A stretch of 35,864 bases of DNA from Catajapyx aquilonaris. Its lineage: Eukaryota. Below, piece after piece: positions 21,375 through 33,180 of the stretch. The notes below the pieces were generated by a model. That model was not told the DNA's origin and searched no databases. It was given only the letters and a program-made list of their open reading frames with translations. The translations under genes were made by a program, and so were the position numbers. The stretch lies in contig KZ539031.1 in NCBI GenBank assembly GCA_000934665.2, forward strand, positions 1 through 35,864, in the 5' to 3' direction. The stretch's first letter is position 1, and each line of letters starts with the position of its first letter.

Positions 21375-23386
21375 CAAGGTTCAGACATACTTTAAGAAAT
21401 AATTGTTAAATGCCAGTAATAATTTTGTGCAGCTTCATGAGTGCCTTTCGTATATTCTCCCCTCATTTTATGTAGGTCACCTTCGCAACTGCCAAGGTAA
21501 AAACCACCTGACAGACAATTTAGACCCTCTGTTGGGGTATAATGATGGCTAATGGGTTCAGCCTGAATACAGCAGTTTGGTTCTGGAGACAAGAGACCTA
21601 CGTAAGCTCAAATGGTTCTCCCTGATGCATTTCAACCCTGTGCAAGAGATAGCATCTACCTTGGCCCATGCAGCAAAGCTGCGTATTGCTGGATGATGTG
21701 GCAGCCTGGCCGCTAAAACAAATTAAAACCTACACTACTTATGACATCAAGCACTTTTTTTAAACATTTTAATCAAGAGGAAAGGTAGTTTCTCGCAATA
21801 ACCTTTTCTAATTTCACATTTAGAGGTATGAGACACCATGCCATCTAGATCACAGCTGTCAAAAATTCACAAGTGATTAATATGCCTTACAACACAGATT
21901 ACACAGGGGAACAACATTTAAGCATTTTTTTGGTGCCTTGGAAGTTGGACCCACTTGTGGGTATATTTGGGGTGCTGATTCTAAATATGGCTTTGGTTTT
22001 GCTGTATGAGCTCTAGTTTTGGAGATAAACTGCCTGGCGAGTATTGGTACAGGCCTACCACAACAAGTAGAACTCTGAATACGAGTGCTCTGACTTTAGT
22101 GACTTTAGTGTATGACCGACTTCCTGACTTTCTTGACTTCCATCAGACTTCCATATAATACTTCCTCCAATGTGTATGAGAGACTTCCTAAGTGGCTTAC
22201 CCCTTGTCTGAGTGAGTTTGCTGTATTTAAAAACACATTCAGTTAAAGAGAGGAGTAGTGGGTGGTGAAATTACAGAATGAAGTGAGAAATTCAAACCTT
22301 ACCATTTTCCCAAGCAGCAAATTTTTTAACTATCTATATTATTAATACTCTACTGTGATGGCGATTCCTCCTGCTGTGTATGGCCTACAGCATTGGAAGT
22401 GATGTCAAAATTTAGCCAGTGTATCCTATATTTGCAATAAACTTTTGTTTTTTTTGGAAATAGTGTCCAGGGAATTTATAAAATGCAAAAAACGCAGACC
22501 CCCTTAAAAACCCAACCACCACGAAGTTCCCATAAACGCCATTCTAGCCGCGGGCCCTACCTCCGCACAGTCTTACTTCGGTAATTCGCGGTCGGATGTC
22601 GCTGCCTGGTCCGTGTCTCTCTCCCTCCCTCCCTCACCACTTTCACAATGTTGCCCAATTTTTTTGCCTAATTTTGGCAAGTTGGTGCCTAGTCTATACT
22701 TAAAACGGAAGAAAAGGTCCATATGGTGTCATGAGGAGTGACGTACTCCACTTAATGATACAACGATTCTCTGGAGTGAGACTGTGGAAGGTCTTACAAG
22801 TATGTGTGACTGCTAGGCAAGGAGAAAGGAAGGAGCATTGCATTAGTATAGGATGGTGCAATAGCAGTGTTGCCAGGTCAGCTATTTTGTAGCCACTTAG
22901 ATCACTTTCCACAAAACCTTTGATATTTTAGTAAAGAGCAAGGGGAAAGATTTCACCAGGACATAAAAACCATGGAAGAGAGATACCAGGGAAGGGGTGG
23001 GACACCCACATGACAGCAGATTACTGCTGGAGCCTTCAGCAGGACTGTCCTGGTAGACATCATTCAAGAAAGTCCCACAAATTTCAATCACCCTGTATAT
23101 GTAATGCCAATGAAGACATACATGTGATAAAGTTACATAATGTAGGCATTGAAAGATAGTAATACTTTGTAAATTACAATCGTCATGGCCTGATTATTTC
23201 ATTCCTTTTCTAGGGCGGACACTTTCTGTTGGAGTCATGTGCTTTTTGTTTACACGTCTGATGTGGGGTTTTAGGTTCATCCATATTTAAATTAACCAAC
23301 AAGTGGAATTATTTATCCCAAGTTACAACAAAAGTTGCAGATGAGCTTGAATTGACTATCTTGGTTACCCATAAATAACTTCCTTG

Positions 23387-23389
<3 letters not shown>

Positions 23390-23444
<55 letters not shown>

Positions 23445-23770
23445 TCATCAGTGCTTCACCTCCTTGAGAGGTATGTAGCACGGACCTTTATTATCATGTT
23501 GTAGTACGATATATACTGGAACCGTTTAACGAAGTGCCCGGGTCCACAGGCAGGGTGACTGGGAGGGGATGTGCAAGTGCAATGTCTATAACGGTACATT
23601 TTGTGAGCTCCACCGGGTGGTTAGTCTCAAGGAATCCCACCCAAGACGAAGCTAGAGACGACCCAACTCTGCACAAGATGAAGAAAAGGGGGGAACGCCG
23701 GGGCTTGGGATAGAACCCGGGACCCTTACATCCGTGGGCGCATATGTTACCGCATGTTATATGCCTCCCG
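23390..23770 (-). mobile_element. tRNA-derived SINE family B, diverged copy with a different 3' end and (TTA)n tail
   Basis: Shares head and body (CCCAACTCTGCAC, GATGTGCAAGTGCAATGTC); 15-bp TSD ATAACTTCCTT(G/A)GTT at 23375 and 23771; (AAT)n at 23390-23443. Confidence 0.85.
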
Positions 23771-23792
23771 ATAACTTCCTTAGTTTAGTATA

Positions 23793-24206
23793 CAGGGTGG
23801 ACCAACTTCAAGTGTCGTTTTATAACGGCTATTAATAGAAGCGCTTTACGATTGACGTAGCAGCGACGTGTAAAATGTCCCACTTCAGCGCCATCAAAAA
23901 TATTAGCTGCCAATATTAGCGTACATGTAATGAACCTGCTGCAACGAGTGCAACCACATGCGGCACCAATGCCAATCCGGCAGCCCGCAAAGAAGGCATT
24001 TCACCCTGGCGCATCTCAGGTCATGTGTGCACCTACTTTTTTCCAGGTCAACCCAGCAGCAGGGTTGATTACATGTGTGCTGCTATTGGCAGCTAATATT
24101 TTCGATGGCGCCGAAGTGGGACATTTTACACGTCGCTGCTACGTCATCGCAAAATCATTGCCATTAATCGCCGTTATAAAACGACACTTGAAGTTGGTCC
24201 ACCCTG
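23793..24206. mobile_element. Tc1/mariner-type MITE (TA TSD)
   Basis: TA-CAGGGTGGACCAACTTCAAGTGTCGTTTTATAACGGC with a perfect inverse at the right end; arms of about 150 bp. Confidence 0.9.
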
Positions 24207-24609
24207 TATAACTCCATCTAATCTTGAATGGATGTTAATACCTCAGCAGATAGAGCAGCTGAAATTGGCTCACAAAGTACTTGACCATGGCCAAGGAATA
24301 TGCAAGTTATTTTTTAATTAGCTCTTTACTTGCTCCCATGTTGTAATGGTTATAAGCTCATGTTGTGTAAACTTGTACAGCTTACAAAGGGTGCATTTAC
24401 AATAGAGAACGCGGTGCAGACGCGCTCCTCCCGAACAGGGTTGAAACGGTTTTGAGACACCGTGAGCTGACATTGTTGTTACACTAAGACGCGCTCAGCT
24501 CATGCTGCCATCTGTGAGCTGCTCATGTTAGTACCAGTGATGATCACAATCATTATCAAATGCTACTGTCATACAGAATTGCATTAATTCGGAATTAATT
24601 ATGTTGAAA

Positions 24610-24740
24610 GGGTTTCAAGAAGTCTTCTCCATGTTAGCATGGGTTTTCTTAAGGTTCTTCCATTTCCTCCCATATTCCAAAAATATCTCTTCCATTCTCA
24701 CCCTCCCCTATGCCAGATAACATAAGTTACTCCCTCAACC
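24610..24740 (+). mobile_element. Degenerate fragment of the V-domain-like SINE
   Basis: GCATGGGTTTTCTTAAGGTTCTTCCATTTCCTCCCATATTCCAAAAAT...ACCCTCCCCTATGCCAGATA resembles the reverse complement of 13010-13120. Confidence 0.55.
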
Positions 24741-24978
24741 AGCCTGCCTGCTGAATGTGACCCTATAATCCCACAAATCAAAAGGCAGCACTATGGAATC
24801 CCAGGTCTATGGGCGAAAAGTCAAATAAGCTGCAGGTGGGTCCCAACAGTTAAGTTGGCTGTGGTCCCCAAATGTAGAGGTGCCATTTTGTCACACACAC
24901 AGATCCTCCTACGTCTAGAGTTGTAATGACAATTGTGCTGACTCCCCATGTATTCTGAAGCCCTGCCCCCGCAGACAA

Positions 24979-25380
24979 CATAGTGATCCAAAATACTTGT
25001 CTGACTGATATGGCTATTTGTTGCTCCTAAGCTGCTTATTTCTTAGCAGTTACTTTTGCAAAGTTCCTTTTAATGGTTATCAAAAGTATCAGCTGCTTAA
25101 ATTAGGTTACACATACCCATCCTTTTTAAAGCCTGCAAATGGGACTGGCATGCACTAATAAGTGGGTTCTGTCATTGACGTGAGATGTCAATTGTTCCAA
25201 TGGGCCATTCCTAATCTGACATAATTTGCAGTTCACTGCTTGAATGGATGATTCAGTTAGTCATAATATCAGTAGCTAATACTCTTGATAACAACTAAAC
25301 AATTATGCAAAATTCCAAAAATAAGCAGCTTAGTCCCTACAAATAGTTATATTAGTCAGACATTGAAAAAGAACACCCTG
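24979..25380. mobile_element. Old degenerate MITE
   Basis: Imperfect inverted repeats TGTCTGACTGATATGGCTATTTG..CTAAGCTGCTTATTT / AAATAAGCAGCTTAG..CAAATAGTTATATTAGTCAGACA. Confidence 0.55.
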
Positions 25381-25901
25381 TGTAATTCCCGACTAACATC
25401 AGTGTTTGACCCTCCCTGATGGGGACAGTTCACAATACTCTCACTGGTCCCCTCCACCATACTTATCTCACCAGATAACTTGCAGGTGCCCACAAAAATC
25501 CCCCTTTTCCCTGACCTTTAAAAGTCCCCACCTTAGAAAGCATTGTATTCCTTATCTCCCTAATTACTAAGGGTCCATGAGAATCCAGCTCATAAACAAT
25601 ACACAAACCTTCATTTACAGACCATATGAAGGGCACTCTGATACCAAATGTCATTGCAACATTAAAAAACTACAGACATCCCTGGTGAAATAGACATAAC
25701 CTTGGATATAATCCACTGCTAATCTGCAACTTTTCAATATTGAGAGTTGTTATTGTTCACAGCCACATCCTTCAAATGATTACCTATTTTAACTTAAGCA
25801 GTTGTGGTCCATTGAGTAATGCACCTTTTGGCGTAAATCAATACTAGAATGTAAAATAAAGTAAGGAAAATTCAAACAGAATAAATAAATAAAAAAAATA
25901 A

Positions 25902-25903
<2 letters not shown>

Positions 25904-25973
<70 letters not shown>
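25904..25973. repeat. (AAT)n microsatellite, about 23 units
   Basis: Perfect trinucleotide run seen directly. Confidence 0.97.
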
Positions 25974-25974
<1 letters not shown>

Positions 25975-26687
25975 TATTTCTCCTCTGGGAAAATCCCATT
26001 ACAGGAAGGGGAAGCGCCAGTTTCGTTGCTCTCCGTCAATCCACAATACCAAACAGCAAAGGAAAAACGAACAGTTATCATAAAAACAGAATATATTATA
26101 CAAACTTTATATGAAAGTAATGCCTCTACTTAAAATGCAATATTCATTATGCTGGGTCAGGGTCAATCCTGTCAACAACCCAGCCCAGACAGTCTAGTCT
26201 GTAAGCAGTTGACAGTGAGATGGCATCGCCATTTCCAATAATCACCTACAAATACGCAGTAGTCTCGTGAGATGAATAGAAATGCAACATTGCTCATGTG
26301 GTTCTTTTGTTCAGAGCTACGCATTTGATTTGGGTCAAACAGTGACGTAAATGCGAATGAATGCATGCATGAATTGTAATACAGGACTGTGCACTATGAG
26401 ACATAGGGAAAAGTTTACCATAGAAACCAGATGAGAGAAAAAACCTGTCTGATGTAACAAGGGCCACATTTGCCTATGACAGTTGCTTCTCTTATACTAA
26501 TCGCTCAACAACTTCATCTACACCCCCACTTGGGCAGTGCATCACCCTGTCTAAGTCCTTGAAAGAATCTACTACATCATCTTCAAGAACTGTTCATGAA
26601 ATCCTTATTCAAAACAGTGTGTAACAGGAAACCATTTCATTCAGAATGGCGTTCATTTGTGAATATTACTTCTGATGAACTGAAGTA

Positions 26688-27027
26688 CAGGTAGTCCCCG
26701 GTTCATGAAAGACCTGACTTTCGGTGATGCGTACTTATGAACAGGCTCCCAGGGCTCCCGGGAAGGAAAATGTATAATATTATTCCTCCACGTTCAATCA
26801 CTTCTTCGTACGCTAACCGACACCAAGTTCAACATAAATGCTGCATAAATAATAAATAATTGGGAAACTACGTTCTTTGCACATGTAAACAGACACACGT
26901 GACGTAGCAGTTCATTGGAGCAGAATCTTGACGCTGTAAATATGTGCTGTTCCTCAGGGATCCGAGTTATGTACAAATCCGACTTATGGACATTTTCAGG
27001 AACGTAACCCCATTAGTAGACTATCTG
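26688..27027. mobile_element. pogo/Tigger-like MITE (TA TSD)
   Basis: TA-CAGGTAGTCCCC...GACTATCTG-TA with subterminal GACTTA-type motifs. Confidence 0.6.
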
Positions 27028-29338
27028 TACACTATCTGTACATGGAATGGGAGGCAGCTCAATTCACAGGTGAAGAGGCATCAATGGAATTGAAGAAAAT
27101 GGAAGAGAATGCAATGGGAATGGCTGGCAAATGAAAGTTGAATGTGCAAGTTCTCAACTGAAAATAATCAATTCACTTTGAAAGGAATGATTCCTAGCTC
27201 TAAAATACAGGTACACTGATGTCGTAAATAATCAAAATTGTCAAATAAACTTAATCATTATCTTTGAATTGAAGGGTATGGTGCAAGAAGTGGGAAGTTC
27301 ATTTTTGATCAGTGTTCATTTAATGGGTAGAATCCAGTGATTTAAAAATTGTCGGATCATTTGGTACAAGAATGGGAATCACTGGCCTGTGCTGGGTGCC
27401 ATCCGGCATAGACCAATGTGGTTAGGGCATAAATGCAAGTTCTAAACCATTCATTGTCATTTGATAAAATCTTTGCAAAGCCAATACATTTCTTTAAATG
27501 AAGACCTCGGGAAAAGAACGATCAATGTCTACCTCAGGTGAAACTGAGATATTCAAATTTCAAATTTCAAAGGCCCATAAGCTTGTATTGTAAATCCCAC
27601 TTTTGGGGCAATCCATACTGTACTATGATCATTACTCCACAACCACGACCAAACCACCATATTCTAGGCTAGGGAAACTATCTTCTGAGATATGCAACTC
27701 ACTTTTGATGAAAAGTGGACCTTGATCATTCTTCCCCCAAGGTCTTCAAATGATACATGACTCAAGTTAAATGCTAGTTTCATATTTATAATGCAGGAAT
27801 ATGAAGAATAATTTTTTTCATACACATACGCTAATGCCTTGTACATAGGTAACAAATGTGAAATTAATCTTTCCGAGAAATAGTTGTGATAGCTTGATGT
27901 ACTGTGGTAGTTTTCAGCTAGAGAAGAACTGAAAATGGCATTACTGGTATGGAGCTTACACACTAGTAATAAAATCATCATTCAATATAACTTCAATGAA
28001 TGTTGCTAGCATGACCAGGCAAGTGCCACAGCACATGCACAGTTCCCTGATAATGTGACAAATAGCCTAAATATACAGGAATGAGTCAATCAATATCATT
28101 TTGGTGACCATAGGCATTATAGGGCCAGTAAGAATTATTCAACTTGCAACCCAATTGGAACCTCCCAAAACTTGAGTTGGTTCTACATGTAATACTATAA
28201 CCACCTTCAATTTGCAATAAACTGCTTCAGTAGTTAAAATCTGTCTGGAGTCAGTTTTATAGCAGACTGTCAGTCTGAAAATTAAAACTGCCTACGTATG
28301 GGCGGTTTTAGTCTCAAGGATCCCCCAATTGGTGCTGGTCACTCCGTCCTTTATCAGGAGTGCCCTGCACTTATTGGCAGATCCTTAAGACTAAGACTAA
28401 AACTAAGCTTCAAACTGCCCTTAAGGCCCAGTTGTATCAACTCCAATTAATATCTCTTTACATATTGTGAATAGCTAGGCCTATATCTATTCTGATATTT
28501 TTCCTTAATTGTGTTTATATAACCATGGTTAAGACCTCCTTATTATGAAGATGGATATTGCAGCTTGGCATAAAATTATAAAAACTTATTGGACACTCCT
28601 CATTTTGGACTATTGCCTTAAGACTAAGAAATATGATTCCTCCTATATGGCATTAAAAAATATACGAGTCCCATAACAATTCAGCTTGATGGCATGGCAA
28701 TTGTAAAATTCCACTAAGCTTTATTCTATACTGAATGGCTCTCTAAATGGCCTGTAACTTTTAAGAGGTTTGGTAAGTCACATAGCGCACTAAATCATTA
28801 GTGGCACCTGAAATGGCCTATGAATATGTCCTGCCAAGTTTAGAACTCTCAGGTTATAGGAATGCCACATGTGCTGTGAAGCATCCTTAGGACATTACAC
28901 AAACTAATTTCACTGACAATGTATGGGTTATGGAAAGATGTCAGACTATTACATTGGTAAGAATACAATGAAACCTGCTCATTTTCTTGTTACTGGCCAG
29001 GTGGAATCATTGCATTTTCCTTCTGCATCTATGCATGACCTTTAAAGGAGCTAACTTATTGGCATGTGCCACAGGAAGAAATATCAATTTTTCCATAATT
29101 TGCAGGAATTCACTATTATGAGTAACCTCTATGCAAGCCTTTATGTTATACATTAATAAACCTCCATAACGTGATCATCTCCACACATAGTGCATTTTTG
29201 GTTTCACGCCTGCCAGACAACTCGGTTTCATTCAAACTTTTTTGATCAATTGCACTCCAAGTTGTACTCTTTGCAACTACTTCAGACTTCTGTAAGGGGT
29301 TCAATTGAACCCAGGTAATATTATTTTGTACAACTCAC

Positions 29339-29470
29339 CTTCCTGGCTTGTTAATATACTTCTGCAACCGTGCTTTCACCTCATCGTACGTCAAGAAGGC
29401 AACGTAACCTGGGTGCGTAACTGCCAGTATTTGCCAATTCCTAAGTAGTGTTGTCCACGGTTGAAACAAC
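29339..29470 (-). CDS. Cbl: Cbl exon 3: start of the SH2-like domain ([44 protein letters not shown])
   Basis: Hand translation; acceptor atttccag after a 73-nt intron, donor AG|GTGAGT, 132 nt. Confidence 0.96.
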
Positions 29471-29543
29471 CTGGAAATATTTTAAAAATGCATGACCAGG
29501 TGTTCTCATCAGGATGAGACATGCCAGTTGACCTGTCACTGAC

Positions 29544-29690
29544 CTTGTGAACACATCGAACTCAAAGTTTGATATGTAGTCATTGCATGTAAGGTCTATG
29601 GTCGACTTGAGAGCCATGGCTTCCAGTCCGGAGCTGATGGGATGCACCTCATTTAGCGTTTGGCGGAAAATCTTCCATGGCACTACCGTC
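29544..29690 (-). CDS. Cbl: Cbl exon 2: EF-hand region ([11 protein letters not shown]...[10 protein letters not shown])
   Basis: Acceptor tgctttgtag, donor AG|GTCAGT, 147 nt, phase 2-2; [19 protein letters not shown] motif. Confidence 0.96.
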
Positions 29691-30335
29691 CTACAAAGCA
29701 AAAAATTCACCATATTATTTTGCACCCTTAAAGCCAGGGACACATCACCTCAGATAACCATCACAGATTCTATTTACAAGCATTGACCCCCTTTTGAGAT
29801 TGTCCTTTTTTTTCTCTCCCCCTCTGCTCCCCCGCAAATGACATCACTGACCTAAATATTACGTAACGCACCCTAGATCCACTTTTTTCTTTTTTTTTCT
29901 TTTTCTGTTTTTTTTTTTTGCGAACTCCTGGAGGAAAACATGAAAATCGGCTCTCCCCATCCTTTTTATTGACATTTTCCCAAAGTGCCACATTCTTCCC
30001 GCGCATCTCGACCATCCCAGAATTGAGTCAACATCTGGAATGAAGTGGTGAGAATCAGTCCTCCCACCTTCCCACCTCCAAGCAAAAGCCACCCCAATCT
30101 AGGGGGGGAACAGCTGACTTTTTGTGGCTTACACAATTCTCTCCCAACTCAACCCCCCCCTTTTTTTTTCAAGTGGCCGCGGATTTCCGGCGTAGGATAT
30201 CCTGTGTCGGTATGCGTGTCTATGCGCGCGCACTTTTCATACATTCCCCCCCTGCACCTCCCATATTGAAATCCTACTCCATATACTCCACCCTTTTTCA
30301 CACATTCCCATCCGACCCCCCTCCCAATCCCCAGC

Positions 30336-30385
30336 NNNNNNNNNNNNNNNNNNNNNNNNNNNNNNNNNNNNNNNNNNNNNNNNNN
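30336..30385. other. Assembly gap (50 N) next to a poly-G run
   Basis: N run seen directly. Confidence 0.99.
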
Positions 30386-31215
30386 GGGGGGGGGGGGGGG
30401 GGGGGGGGGCGAAATTGCGCACTAACATCCGGAAGTGGAGGGGTTTCTTTTTCGCCCACACATATTTTTCACATGTGCAGCAAAGTACAGAGGAGCTATA
30501 TTTACATATGTTCACAAAATCCTTGCTAGTGCAATAGCCCACTCAATTCCCCTCTGCCACACTACAAGTTCTTCCTGTCACAATATTCATGAACCACCCC
30601 ACCCCTCCTAAGGAAGTTGGCAATAAAAGGCTTCAGTGGCGAATATTTTTGGGGGTCAAAGAGGCCTCGTGTGACGTTGCAAAAACTAGATTTATGATCT
30701 GTTGTTTCAACACAAGTTTGATATGTAGTGTGCATAAGGTTTGGAATTCGAAGGGTGCATGAGTGTCATTTCCTTTTTCTGAGTATTGTCATGGAGGGGG
30801 GGGGGGGNGGGGGGAGTGTTTATCTCTTGATAAGGTTAGTTTTTCCTTGAGATTGTCACACATGTGGAGCTGTACTGCCTTATGGCAAGCATGCAACTGG
30901 CCCACTTTGGTGATTCAGCTGAAGGCTTGGGCAAACCGGGGCTAACCAAAGTGTCCAGAAGTACTGAAACTGTAAATTGCTGCAGTGCAATAAATCATGC
31001 GGACTTGACTACAGCAGTATGCATTTACACTTAAGTATGCAAATAAACCTGATTCTTTCTAAACTACTTCATGTGTGCACTGTGTGTTTTACACGCTGTA
31101 CACTGGTTGTCCTGTGTAACACATTACATCATGAAACTTATAATGACTTCTCTGAACAGGTTGGGGTGAGGAGGTTATTTGTTGCGTAACATGTGGAAAG
31201 ATGACTCCTAAACTA

Positions 31216-31779
31216 CAGTAAAACTTCTATTAGTTGAATCTCCATGGGACCGGGAAAAACCTTCCAGTTAGAGAAGTTTGGAATTTTTTAAGCACATAAC
31301 TCTATAAGGAAGTCTACCTTTATATCCAGTGACAAAAGGTGTTCAAAACTTAAAAATAACTCTCACTATCACACTTACGATGTTCCTCATTGTTTTGTTG
31401 GAAAAAAAAAATCTCCGTTATGGACATTATTTTGCCTACTCTTAGATTCATGGATTCAATTGTCACAATCGAGTCAAGCACTTCTTTCGGTACGTCTGGT
31501 AGACGGAGATCAGGAAATTGAGCTTTTCTGTACATGTGGCCTACTCTTGACCCTTTGGCTGGGAAATGAGAAAATTTTCCATACTCGCCAACATAAACTT
31601 CGCCTTAGGGAGACTGAAAATGCATTGATATCCCACCGCCCTGCACTTCGAGTTATAGAAATTCGAGTCAGGGAAGTTTATTTCCTATTCTTTTACATTG
31701 TGACCAACCAAGCTCATCATTTTCTTCGACTTACAGAGAACATCAACTTAGGGAAGTTTGACTTATAGAAGTTTTACTG
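31216..31779. mobile_element. pogo/Tigger-like MITE (TA TSD)
   Basis: TA-CAGTAAAACTTCTAT...ATAGAAGTTTTACTG-TA, perfect 15-bp TIR. Confidence 0.8.
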
Positions 31780-32575
31780 TATGTTTTTGCCTCCCTAAGC
31801 CCATGTAGCAGAAAATGTCACATTCAATAAGTTCCTGATGTGTTTACAAAAGAACTTCCTCAACAAATAATTAAACCCATTCAAAGAATGAAACACAGAC
31901 TCTGAATGGAATTCTTCATCGTACATTGAGCTCTCAACACAAATGCATGGTGCTTACAATTGTGTTTTCAGTGCCGGCCATTCAAACATTACACAATAGC
32001 ATTCTTAGGAACAATTCAATTCTTGTTTTTTTTTTCTTCATCTAGGGCTGTCCATTTTTAGCATGACCTAGCATCAAAATGTGAACAGCTGGGTTCTGAC
32101 CTTTGCAAGATTCATTCTGGGGGAGAGTGGTTTCTTATTGGAAGGTGGAAGTTTAGCACCCAGCTTGGCCTCATAAACAAAGCTTTGTTATAGATATTGG
32201 CTTGATTACAGCATGGCTTGCTAATATGACACATGCTAGCTCATGTGCACCCCACTGCAAGCTAGTGTCAACTTGGTAATTTAAACTGGATTTTTCTGCC
32301 GGTGTTTGAGCCTAGATTACTTCCCCTGCCTTTGGCACAATTTTTTGTAAATATTGAAAGTAAACATGAACTGGTGCTATAAACCCCTCGAGGCAAGCTT
32401 GACAGCCACGTTTGAATGGTTGAAAAGAAATTAAATAACCTCCGCCACTTTCATATGGCAATGAAAACGCTATTGCAGCATTTAACTCTACACCATTGCC
32501 ATCACATGTGCAACTTCATATGTGTATTCATAAAAATAAAACAGTTCGTTTTAACTGCAAGCCAAGTGTCATTAC

Positions 32576-33180
32576 CTGTTTCCAAAGGAGCTCTTCCAAA
32601 ACTCAGCAGCGTCACTCTTCGTGATCCTAAACTGGTCCCCTGCAAAAGTCCCGCCGGGAAAGGTTGCCTTCAGCTCACTCAACATGTGACTGAACACGAG
32701 ACTGAGCTTGGTGAGGTTGCGCCTGTAGTGCGAGTTCTCATCAAACATGCGCTCCTTCCCCTCTTTGAACAGCTTCACTGCTTGTTTGCACTTTCGCATC
32801 AGGTTTTCCACAAACACCTTGAAGTATTCGTTCGAATTCAGGATCATCATGCGGTCCTCGTACTTCCCGTACACCAATCGTAGATGCTGGTAGGTGTCAG
32901 GCAGAATGTCCAGTATGAACGGCGGCGAGTTCTTCAAGCTCATGCGCGGATGCTGACACAGTTTGACCACCTTGTCCATCAGTTTCCACGTCTTCTCCAG
33001 AGTGCGACGGTCTATCACCAGCTTGGGGGGCGCCATGGCTTCGGCCAGAGCTCCGTGCAACTTACTAAACAGCGATGTGATGTTCTTGGGTGGCTGTGCA
33101 GCACCGACCGGGGAAGACGTAGCAGCAGCAACAACGTTTGGCACTACGCGGTGTTGCTGCGGTTGCATCCTGGCGGCCAT
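32576..33180 (-). CDS. Cbl: Cbl coding exon 1: N-terminus and TKB four-helix bundle (MAARMQPQ...FWKSSFGN)
   Basis: [39 protein letters not shown] and [20 protein letters not shown] motifs; first in-frame ATG at 33180; donor AG|GTAATG, phase 2. Confidence 0.96.

Larger units (their letters stand above)
3488..33180 (-). other. Cbl: Cbl-family E3 ubiquitin-protein ligase gene (coding span; long isoform 801 aa from 10 core exons, short isoform 467 aa)
   Basis: Exons join in frame with GT-AG sites and matching phases (605+147+132+138+220+141+140+500+157+226 = 2406 nt). Recognisable Cbl motifs: [51 protein letters not shown] and a C-terminal UBA-like domain. Confidence 0.97.

Noticed and set aside
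21900..23100. Transposon-like fragments (CACCCTGTA end, CAGTGTTGCCA motif)
   Set aside because: No matching pair of termini or TSD could be defined by eye.
25872..26081. ORF with a poly-isoleucine tract
   Set aside because: Translation of the (AAT)n microsatellite.
29787..30810. Homopolymer- and G-run-rich region as a G-quadruplex cluster
   Set aside because: Spans an assembly gap and ambiguous bases; run lengths are unreliable and it is probably repeat-derived.
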